Assembly (NCBI GenBank): GCA_964016885.1
Contig: OZ024743.1
Location: 211,916,001-211,980,000, forward strand
Reading direction: 5' to 3'
Length of the DNA: 64,000 nucleotides
Origin: Eledone cirrhosa
Lineage: Eukaryota
Made by a program: the position numbers and the translations under genes. This document shows, one piece after another, positions 1-9,974 of this stretch (its first letter is position 1; the number at the start of each line of letters is the position of its first letter). The notes beneath the pieces were generated by a model. That model was not told where the DNA came from, ran no database searches, and saw only the letters and a list, made by a program, of their open reading frames with translations.

Positions 1-196
1 GGGCGGCCGGCCCACAATCGAAAAGGTTACTCCGCCTGCAAATCGTCATTTTCGGATTCGTTTTCTTCGAAGCACACCATTCGCCGGCGGACTTCAGCTG
101 CCTCATTTAGCATGGGCAGTTTTTCTTGAAGATCACACCACACACAGCCAATGAGTGTCTGCACATGTACCAGTAATTACAGATGGATCCCACCAC
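1..196 (+). repeat. Representative monomer type A (196 bp, most abundant)
   Basis: Diagnostic sites are CCCACAATCGAAAAGGTTAC, TTTTCGGATTCG, CGCCGGCGG, TTTTTCTTGAAGATC and CAGCCAATGAG. Two common alleles are CATGGGCAG and CATGAGCAG. Period 1 to 197 to 393. Confidence 0.97.
145..155 (+). promoter_or_regulatory. CCAAT-box (NF-Y-type) consensus match, one per monomer
   Basis: CAGCCAATGAG in A, TAGCCAATGAG in D/E and CAACCAATGTG in B/C. Motif match only; no evidence of function. Confidence 0.2.
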
Positions 197-392
197 GGGC
201 GGCCGGCCCACAATCGAAAAGGTTACTCCGCCTGCAAATCGTCATTTTCGGATTCGTTTTCTTCGAAGCACACCATTCGCCGGCGGACTTCAGCTGCCTC
301 ATTTAGCATGGGCAGTTTTTCTTGAAGATCACACCACACACAGCCAATGAGTGTCTGCACATGTACCAGTAATTAGAGATCGATCCGACCAC

Positions 393-592
393 GGGCGGCC
401 GGCCCACGATCGAGAAAAAGGTAACTCCGCCGGCAAATCGTCATTTTTGTGATCCGTTTTCTTCGAAGCACACCATTCGCCGCCGGACTTCAGCTGCCTC
501 ATTTAGCATGGGCAGTTTTTTTTGAAAATCACACCACACACAACCAATGTGTGTCTGCACATGTACCAGTAATTACAGATCGATCCGACCAC
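393..592 (+). repeat. Representative monomer type B (200 bp)
   Basis: Diagnostic sites are CCCACGATCGAGAAAAAGGTAAC (or GAGAAAATGG), TTTTTGTGATCCG, CGCCGCCGG, T8-GAAAATC and CAACCAATGTG. Almost always preceded by AATTAGAGATCGATCCGACC. Length 985 to 1185 is 200 bp. Confidence 0.95.
452..468 (-). other. CENP-B-box-like 17-mer in type B monomers (first copy; recurs in every B)
   Basis: The minus strand reads CTTCGAAGAAAACGGAT. It matches 8 of 9 core positions of NTTCGNNNNANNCGGGN and 12 of 17 positions of the human box CTTCGTTGGAAACGGGA. Function is not shown. Confidence 0.35.
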
Positions 593-3517
593 AGCAGCCG
601 GCCCGCGATTGAAAAGGTAACTCCGCCGGCAAATCGTCATTTTTGTGATTCGTTTTCTTCGAAGCACACCATTCGCCGCCGGACTTCAGCTGCCTCATTT
701 AGCATGGGCAGTTTTTTTTGAAAATCACACCACACACAACCAATGTGTGTCTGCACATGTACCAGTAATTACAGATCGATCCCACCACGGGCGGCCGGCC
801 CACAATCGAAAAGGTTACTCCGCCTGCAAATCGTCATTTTCGGATTCGTTTTCTTCGAAGCACACCATTCGCCGGCGGACTTCAGCTGCCTCATTTAGCA
901 TGGGCAGTTTTTCTTGAAGATCACACCACACACAGCCAATGAGTGTCTGCACATGTACCAGTAATTAGAGATCGATCCGACCACGGGCGGCCGGCCCACG
1001 ATCGAGAAAAAGGTAACTCCGCCGGCAAATCGTCATTTTTGTGATCCGTTTTCTTCGAAGCACACCATTCGCCGCCGGACTTCAGCTGCCTCATTTAGCA
1101 TGGGCAGTTTTTTTTGAAAATCACACCACACACAACCAATGTGTGTCTGCACATGTACCAGTAATTACAGATCGATCCGACCACGGGCGGCCGGCCCGCG
1201 ATTGAAAAGGTAACTCCGCCGGCAAATCGTCATTTTTGTGATTCGTTTTCTTCGAAGCACACCATTCGCCGCCGGACTTCAGCTGCCTCATTTAACATGG
1301 GCAGTTTTTTTTTTAAATCACACCACACACAACCAATGTGTTTCTGCACATGTACCAGTAATTACAGATCGATCCCACCACGAGTTCAATGTAAACTAAC
1401 TTACGCTCAACGACTTTGTTGACGTTTAACACGGTTTGGTTCCACAGCCACAACTATTGATTTTAAGGAGATATCTTGCTGAAATTCACGCCACGCATAG
1501 CCAATGAGTGTCTGCACATGTACCAGTAATTACAGATCGATCCCACCACGGGCGGCCGGCCCACAATCGAAAAGGTTACTCCGCCTGCAAATCGTCATTT
1601 TCGGATTCGTTTTCTTCGAAGCACACCATTCGCCGGCGGACTTCAGCTGCCTCATTTAGCATGAGCAGTTTTTCTTGAAGATCACACCACACACAGCCAA
1701 TGAGTGTCTGCACATGTACCAGTAATTACAGATGGATCCCACCACGGGCGGCCGGCCCACAATCGAAAAGGTTACTCCGCCTGCAAATCGTCATTTTCGG
1801 ATTCGTTTTCTTCGAAGCACACCATTCGCCGGCGGACTTCAGCTGCCTCATTTAGCATGAGCAGTTTTTCTTGAAGATCACACCACACACAGCCAATGAG
1901 TGTCTGCACATGTACCAGTAATTACAGATGGATCCCACCACGGGCGGCCGGCCCACAATCGAAAAGGTTACTCCGCCTGCAAATCGTCATTTTCGGATTC
2001 GTTTTCTTCGAAGCACACCATTCGCCGGCGGACTTCAGCTGCCTCATTTAGCATGAGCAGATTTTCTTGAGGATCACACCACACACAGCCAATGAGTGTC
2101 TGCACATGTACCAGTAATTACAGATGGATCCCACCACGGGCGGCCGGCCCACAATCGAAAAGGTTACTCCGCCTGCAAATCGTCATTTTCGGATTCGTTT
2201 TCTTCGAAGCACACCATTCGCCGGCGGACTTCAGCTGCCTCATTTAGCATGAGCAGCTTTTCTTGAAGATCACACCACACACAGCCAATGAGTGTCTGCA
2301 CATGTACCAGTAATTACAGATGGATCCCACCACGGGCGGCCGGCCCACAATCGAAAAGGTTACTCCGCCTGCAAATCGTCATTTTCGGATTCGTTTTCTT
2401 CGAAGCACACCATTCGCCGGCGGACTTCAGCTGCCTCATTTAGCATGGGCAGTTTTTCTTGAAGATCACACCACACACAGCCAATGAGTGTCTGCACATG
2501 TACCAGTAATTAGAGATCGATCCGACCACGGGCGGCCGGCCCACGATCGAGAAAAAGGTAACTCCGCCGGCAAATCGTCATTTTTGTGATCCGTTTTCTT
2601 CGAAGCACACCATTCGCCGCCGGACTTCAGCTGCCTCATTTAGCATGGGCAGTTTTTCTTGAAGATCACACCACACACAGCCAATGAGTGTCTGCACATG
2701 TACCAGTAATTACAGATGGATCCCTCCACGGGCGGCCGGCCCACAATCGAAAAGGTTACTCCGCCTGCAAATCGTCATTTTCGGATTCGTTTTCTTCGAA
2801 GCACACCATTCGCCGGCGGACTTCAGCTGCCTCATTTAGCATGAGCAGTTTTTCTTGAAGATCACACCACACACAGCCAATGAGTGTCTGCACATGTACC
2901 AGTAATTACAGATGGATCCCACCACGGGCGGCCGGCCCACAATCGAAAAGGTTACTCCGCCTGCAAATCGTCATTTTCGGATTCGTTTTCTTCGAAGCAC
3001 ACCATTCGCCGGCGGACTTCAGCTGCCTCATTTAGCATGGGCAGTTTTTCTTGAAGATCACACCACACACAGCCAATGAGTGTCTGCACATGTACCAGTA
3101 ATTACAGATGGATCCCACCACGGGCGGCCGGCCCACAATCGAAAAGGTTACTCCGCCTGCAAATCGTCATTTTCGGATTCGTTTTCTTCGAAGCACACCA
3201 TTCGCCGGCGGACTTCAGCTGCCTCATTTAGCATGGGCAGTTTTTCTTGAAGATCACACCACACACAGCCAATGAGTGTCTGCACATGTACCAGTAATTA
3301 GAGATCGATCCGACCACGGGCGGCCGGCCCACGATCGAGAAAAAGGTAACTCCGCCGGCAAATCGTCATTTTTGTGATCCGTTTTCTTCGAAGCACACCA
3401 TTCGCCGCCGGACTTCAGCTGCCTCATTTAGCATGGGCAGTTTTTTTTGAAAATCACACCACACACAACCAATGTATGTCTGCACATGTACCAGTAATTA
3501 CAGATCGATCCGACCAC

Positions 3518-3714
3518 GGGCGGCCGGCCCGCGATTGAAAAGGTAACTCCGCCGGCAAATCGTCATTTTTGTGATTCGTTTTCTTCGAAGCACACCATTC
3601 GCCGCCGGACTTCAGCTGCCTCATTTAGCATGGGCAGTTTTTTTTGAAAATCACACCACACACAACCAATGTGTGTCTGCACATGTACCAGTAATTACAG
3701 ATCGATCCCACCAC
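3518..3714 (+). repeat. Representative monomer type C (197 bp)
   Basis: Left part is CCCGCGATTGAAAAGGTAAC...TTTTTGTGATTCG; right half as in B. A 196-bp subtype C' starting AGCAGCCGG occurs at 593, 4734 and 15379. Confidence 0.95.
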
Positions 3715-3882
3715 GAGTTCAATGTAAACAAACTTACGCTCAACGACTTTGTTGACGTTTAACACGGTTTGGTTCCACAGCCACAAATATTGATTTTACG
3801 GAGATATCTTGCTGAAATTCACGCCACACATAGCCAATGAGTGTCTGCACATGTACCAGTAATTACAGATCGATCTGACCAG
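3715..3882 (+). repeat. Representative monomer type D (168 bp, short variant with a unique 30-bp head)
   Basis: Starts GAGTTCAATGTAAAC[A/T]AACTTACGCTCAACGACTTTGTTGACG. Copies start at 1382, 3715, 7887, 9299, 10648, 14196, 15971, 18108, 21656, 23036, 25600, 26192, 27376, 28591, 32534, 38611, 39795, 42586, 43801, 47349, 49490, 50674, 51631, 53995, 56135, 57319, 58277, 59461, 60645, 62586 and 63543. Confidence 0.95.
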
Positions 3883-4110
3883 GGGCGGCCGGCCCGCGAT
3901 TGAAAAGGTAACTCCGCCGGCAAATCGTCATTTTTGTGATTCGTTTTCTTCGAAGCACACCATTCGCCGGCGGACTTTGTTGACGTTTAACACGGTTTGG
4001 TTCCACAGCCACAACTATTGATTTTAAGGAGATATCTTGCTGAAATTCACGCCACACATAGCCAATGAGTGTCTGCACATGTACCAGTAATTACAGATCG
4101 ATCCGACCAC

Positions 4111-4337
4111 GGACGGCCGGCCCGCGATTGAAAAGGTAACTCCGCCGGCAAATCGTCATTTTTGGATTCGTTTTCTTCGAAGCACACCATTCGCCGGCGG
4201 ACTTTGTTGACGTTTAACACGGTTTGGTTCCACAGCCACAAATATTGATTTTACGGAGATATCTTGCTGAAATTCACGCCACACATAGCCAATGAGTGTC
4301 TGCACATGTACCAGTAATTACAGATGGATCCCACCAC
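4111..4337 (+). repeat. Representative monomer type E (227 bp, long variant: C-like left half plus D right half)
   Basis: GGACGGCCGGCCCGCGATTG...CGCCGGCGGACTT|TGTTGACGTTTAACACGG...GAAATTCACGCCACACATAG. About 26 copies, mostly directly after D or another E. Confidence 0.95.
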
Positions 4338-5125
4338 GGGCGGCCGGCCCACAATCGAAAAGGTTACTCCGCCTGCAAATCGTCATTTTCGGATTCGTTT
4401 TCTTCGAAGCACACCATTCGCCGGCGGACTTCAGCTGCCTCATTTAGCATGGGCAGTTTTTTTTGAAGATCACACCACACACAGCCAATGAGTGTCTGCA
4501 CATGTACCAGTAATTAGAGATCGATCCGACCACGGGCGGCCGGCCCACGATCGAGAAAAAGGTAACTCCGCCGGCAAATCGTCATTTTTGTGATCCGTTT
4601 TCTTCGAAGCACACCATTCGCCGCCGGACTTCAGCTGCCTCATTTAGCATGGGCAGTTTTTTTTGAAAATCACACCACACACAACCAATGTGTGTCTGCA
4701 CATGTACCAGTAATTACAGATCGATCCGACCACAGCAGCCGGCCCGCGATTGAAAAGGTAACTCCGCCGGCAAATCGTCATTTTTGTGATTCGTTTTCTT
4801 CGAAGCACACCATTCGCCGCCGGACTTCAGCTGCCTCATTTAGCATGGGCAGTTTTTTTTGAAAATCACACCACACACAACCAATGTGTGTCTGCACATG
4901 TACCAGTAATTACAGATGGATCCCACCACGGGCGGCCGGCCCACAATCGAAAAGGTTACTCCGCCTGCAAATCGTCATTTTCGGATTCGTTTTCTTCGAA
5001 GCACACCATTCGCCGGCGGACTTCAGCTGCCTCATTTAGCATGGGCAGTTTTTCTTGAAGATCACACCACACACAGCCAATGAGTGTCTGCACATGTACC
5101 AGTAATTAGAGATCGATCCGACCAC

Positions 5126-7293
5126 GGGCGGCCGGCCCACGATCGAGAAAAAGGTAACTCCGCCGGCAAATCGTCATTTTTGTGATCCGTTTTCTTCGAA
5201 GCACACCATTCGCCGCCGGACTTCAGCTGCCTCATTTAGCATGGGCAGTTTTTTTTGAAAATCACACCACACACAACCAATGTGTGTCTGCACATGTACC
5301 AGTAATTACAGATGGATCCCACCACGGGCGGCCGGCCCACAATCGAAAAGGTTACTCCGCCTGCAAATCGTCATTTTCGGATTCGTTTTCTTCGAAGCAC
5401 ACCATTCGCCGGCGGACTTCAGCTGCCTCATTTAGCATGAGCAGTTTTTCTTGAAGATCATACCACACACAGCCAATGAGTGTCTGCACATGTACCAGTA
5501 ATTACAGATGGATCCCACCACGGGCGGCCGGCCCACAATCGAAAAGGTTACTCCGCCTGCAAATCGTCATTTTCGGATTCGTTTTCTTCGAAGCACACCA
5601 TTCGCCGGCGGACTTCAGCTGCCTCATTTAGCATGAGCAGTTTTTCTTGAAGATCACACCACACACAGCCAATGAGTGTCTGCACATGTACCAGTAATTA
5701 CAGATGGATCCCACCACGGGCGGCCGGCCCACAATCGAAAAGGTTACTCCGCCTGCAAATCGTCATTTTCGGATTCGTTTTCTTCGAAGCACACCATTCG
5801 CCGGCGGACTTCAGCTGCCTCATTTAGCATGGGCAGTTTTTCTTGAAGATCACACCACACACAGCCAATGAGTGTCTGCACATGTACCAGTAACTACAGA
5901 TGGATCCCACCACGGGCGGCCGGCCCACAATCGAAAAGGTTACTCCGCCTGCAAATCGTCACTTTCGGATTCGTTTTCTTCGAAGCACACCATTCGCCGG
6001 CGGACTTCAGCTGCCTCATTTAGCATGGGCAGTTTTTCTTGAGGATCACACCACACACAGCCAATGAGTGTCTGCACATGTACCAGTAATTAGAGATCGA
6101 TCCGACCACGGGCGGCCGGCCCACGATCGAGAAAATGGTAACTCCGCCGGCAAATCGTCATTTTTGTGATCCGTTTTCTTCGAAGCACACCATTCGCCGC
6201 CGGACTTCAGCTGCCTCATTTAGCATGGGCAGTTTTTTTTGAAAATCACACCACACACAACCAATGTGTGTCTGCACATGTACCAGTAATTACAGATGGA
6301 TCCCACCACGGGCGGCCGGCCCACAATCGAAAAGGTTACTCCGCCTGCAAATCGTCATTTTCGGATTCGTTTTCTTCGAAGCACACCATTCGCCGGCGGA
6401 CTTCAGCTGCCTCATTTAGCATGAGCAGTTTTTCTTGAAGATCATACCACACACAGCCAATGAGTGTCTGCACATGTACCAGTAATTACAGATGGATCCC
6501 ACCACGGGCGGCCGGCCCACAATCGAAAAGGTTACTCCGCCTGCAAATCGTCATTTTCGGATTCGTTTTCTTCGAAGCACACCATTCGCCGGCGGACTTC
6601 AGCTGCCTCATTTAGCATGAGCAGTTTTTCTTGAAGATCACACCACACACAGCCAATGAGTGTCTGCACATGTACCAGTAATTACAGATGGATCCCACCA
6701 CGGGCGGCCGGCCCACAATCGAAAAGGTTACTCCGCCTGCAAATCGTCATTTTCGGATTCGTTTTCTTCGAAGCACACCATTCGCCGGCGGACTTCAGCT
6801 GCCTCATTTAGCATGGGCAGTTTTTCTTGAAGATCACACCACACACAGCCAATGAGTGTCTGCACATGTACCAGTAACTACAGATGGATCCCACCACGGG
6901 CGGCCGGCCCACAATCGAAAAGGTTACTCCGCCTGCAAATCGTCACTTTCGGATTCGTTTTCTTCGAAGCACACCATTCGCCGGCGGACTTCAGCTGCCT
7001 CATTTAGCATGGGCAGTTTTTCTTGAAGATCACACCACACACAGCCAATGAGTGTCTGCACATGTACCAGTAATTAGAGATCGATCCGACCACGGGCGGC
7101 CGGCCCACGATCGAGAAAATGGTAACTCCGCCGGCAAATCGTCATTTTTGTGATCCGTTTTCTTCGAAGCACACCATTCGCCGCCGGACTTCAGCTGCCT
7201 CATTTAGCATGGGCAGTTTTTTTTGAAAATCACACCACACACAACCAATGTGTGTCTGCACATGTACCAGTAATTACAGATCGATCCCACCAC
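5126..7293 (+). repeat. 984-bp higher-order repeat (B-A-A-A-A), two near-identical tandem units plus the next B
   Basis: B starts at 5126, 6110 and 7094 (200+4x196=984). Position-specific variants GATCATACC, GTAACTAC and GTCACTTTC repeat at a 984 offset. The same period recurs at 11239-13207, 18699-20667, 28954-30922, 32897-34865, 36638-37622 and 44165-46133. Confidence 0.93.
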
Positions 7294-9974
7294 GGGCGGC
7301 CGGCCCACAATCGAAAAGGTTACTCCGCCTGCAAATCGTCATTTTCGGATTCGTTTTCTTCGAAGCACACCATTCGCCGGCGGACTTCAGCTGCCTCATT
7401 TAGCATGGGCAGTTTTTCTTGAAGATCACACCACACACAGCCAATGAGTGTCTGCACATGTACCAGTAATTAGAGATCGATCCGACCACGGGCGGCCGGC
7501 CCACGATCGAGAAAAAGGTAACTCCGCCGGCAAATCGTCATTTTTGTGATCCGTTTTCTTCGAAGCACACCATTCGCCGCCGGACTTCAGCTGCCTCATT
7601 TAGCATGGGCAGTTTTTTTTGAAAATCACACCACACACAACCAATGTATGTCTGCACATGTACCAGTAATTACAGATCGATCCGACCACGGGCGGCCGGC
7701 CCGCGATTGAAAAGGTAACTCCGCCGGCAAATCGTCATTTTTGTGATTCGTTTTCTTCGAAGCACACCATTCGCCGCCGGACTTCAGCTGCCTCATTTAG
7801 CATGGGCAGTTTTTTTTGAAAATCACACCACACACAACCAATGTGTGTCTGCACATGTACCAGTAATTACAGATCGATCCCACCACGAGTTCAATGTAAA
7901 CAAACTTACGCTCAACGACTTTGTTGACGTTTAACACGGTTTGGTTCCACAGCCACAAATATTGATTTTACGGAGATATCTTGCTGAAATTCACGCCACA
8001 CATAGCCAATGAGTGTCTGCACATGTACCAGTAATTACAGATCGATCTGACCAGGGGCGGCCGGCCCGCGATTGAAAAGGTAACTCCGCCGGCAAATCGT
8101 CATTTTTGTGATTCGTTTTCTTCGAAGCACACCATTCGCCGGCGGACTTTGTTGACGTTTAACACGGTTTGGTTCCACAGCCACAACTATTGATTTTAAG
8201 GAGATATCTTGCTGAAATTCACGCCACACATAGCCAATGAGTGTCTGCACATGTACCAGTAATTACAGATCGATCCGACCACGGACGGCCGGCCCGCGAT
8301 TGAAAAGGTAACTCCGCCGGCAAATCGTCATTTTTGGATTCGTTTTCTTCGAAGCACACCATTCGCCGGCGGACTTTGTTGACGTTTAACACGGTTTGGT
8401 TCCACAGCCACAACTATTGATTTTACGGAGATATCTTGCTGAAATTCACGCCACACATAGCCAATGAGTGTCTGCACATGTACCAGTAATTACAGATGGA
8501 TCCCACCACGGGCGGCCGGCCCACAATCGAAAAGGTTACTCCGCCTGCAAATCGTCATTTTCGGATTCGTTTTCTTCGAAGCACACCATTCGCCGGCGGA
8601 CTTCAGCTGCCTCATTTAGCATGGGCAGTTTTTCTTGAAGATCACACCACACACAGCCAATGAGTGTCTGCACATGTACCAGTAATTACAGATGGATCCC
8701 ACCACGGGCGGCCGGCCCACAATCGAAAAGGTTACTCCGCCTGCAAATCGTCATTTTCGGATTCGTTTTCTTCGAAGCACACCATTCGCCGGCGGACTTC
8801 AGCTGCCTCATTTAGCATGGGCAGTTTTTCTTGAAGATCACACCACACACAGCCAATGAGTGTCTGCACATGTACCAGTAATTAGAGATCGATCCGACCA
8901 CGGGCGGCCGGCCCACGATCGAGAAAAAGGTAACTCCGCCGGCAAATCGTCATTTTTGTGATCCGTTTTCTTCGAAGCACACCATTCGCCGCCGGACTTC
9001 AGCTGCCTCATTTAGCATGGGCAGTTTTTTTTGAAAATCACACCACACACAACCAATGTGTGTCTGCACATGTACCAGTAATTACAGATCGATCCGACCA
9101 CGGGCGGCCGGCCCGCGATTGAAAAGGTAACTCCGCCGGCAAATCGTCATTTTTGTGATTCGTTTTCTTCGAAGCACACCATTCGCCGCCGGACTTCAGC
9201 TGCCTCATTTAACATGGGCAGTTTTTTTTTTAAATCACACCACACACAACCAATGTGTTTCTGCACATGTACCAGTAATTACAGATCGATCCCACCACGA
9301 GTTCAATGTAAACTAACTTACGCTCAACGACTTTGTTGACGTTTAACACGGTTTGGTTCCACAGCCACAACTATTGATTTTAAGGAGATATCTTGCTGAA
9401 ATTCACGCCACACATAGCCAATGAGTGTCTGCACATGTACCAGTAATTACAGATTGATCCCACCACGGGCGGCCGGCCCACAATCAAAAAGGTTACTCCG
9501 CCTGCAAATCGTCATTTTCGGATTCGTTTTCTTCGAAGCACACCATTCGCCGGCGGACTTCAGCTGCCTCATTTAGCATGAGCAGTTTTTCTTGAAGATC
9601 ACACCACACACAGCCAATGAGTGTCTGCACATGTACCAGTAATTACAGATGGATCCCACCACGGGCGGCCGGCCCACAATCGAAAAGGTTACTCCGCCTG
9701 CAAATCGTCATTTTCGGATTCGTTTTCTTCGAAGCACACCATTCGCCGGCGGACTTCAGCTGCCTCATTTAGCATGAGCAGATTTTCTTGAGGATCACAC
9801 CACACACAGCCAATGAGTGTCTGCACATGTACCAGTAATTACAGATGGATCCCACCACGGGCGGCCGGCCCACAATCGAAAAGGTTACTCCGCCTGCAAA
9901 TCGTCATTTTCGGATTCGTTTTCTTCGAAGCACACCATTCGCCGGCGGACTTCAGCTGCCTCATTTAGCATGAG

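Noticed and set aside
72-100. Self-cleaving ribozyme as in newt, schistosome or cricket satellites: minus-strand GGCGAATGG resembles HDV J4/2-P2, and GGCCGGC resembles HDV P1
   Set aside because: I found no P2 partner for UGGUGUGC on that strand and no P3/L3 (UCCUCG-like) element. No hammerhead core CUGANGA is present on either strand (nearest is CTGAAGT). An Infernal/RNArobo scan on monomer dimers would settle it.
98-127. Rho-independent terminator (hairpin followed by T tract)
   Set aside because: The shape fits loosely, but there is no upstream gene and the context is a eukaryote-style satellite array.
1-196. Identity with Trypanosoma cruzi 195-bp satellite, alpha satellite or 5S rDNA repeats
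   Set aside because: Only the length is similar. I see no sequence resemblance to those consensus sequences as I recall them. Not database-checked.
1382-1392. Pol III B-box or tRNA/SINE origin (GAGTTCAATG)
   Set aside because: The match to GTTCRANNC is incomplete. There is no properly spaced A-box and no cloverleaf.
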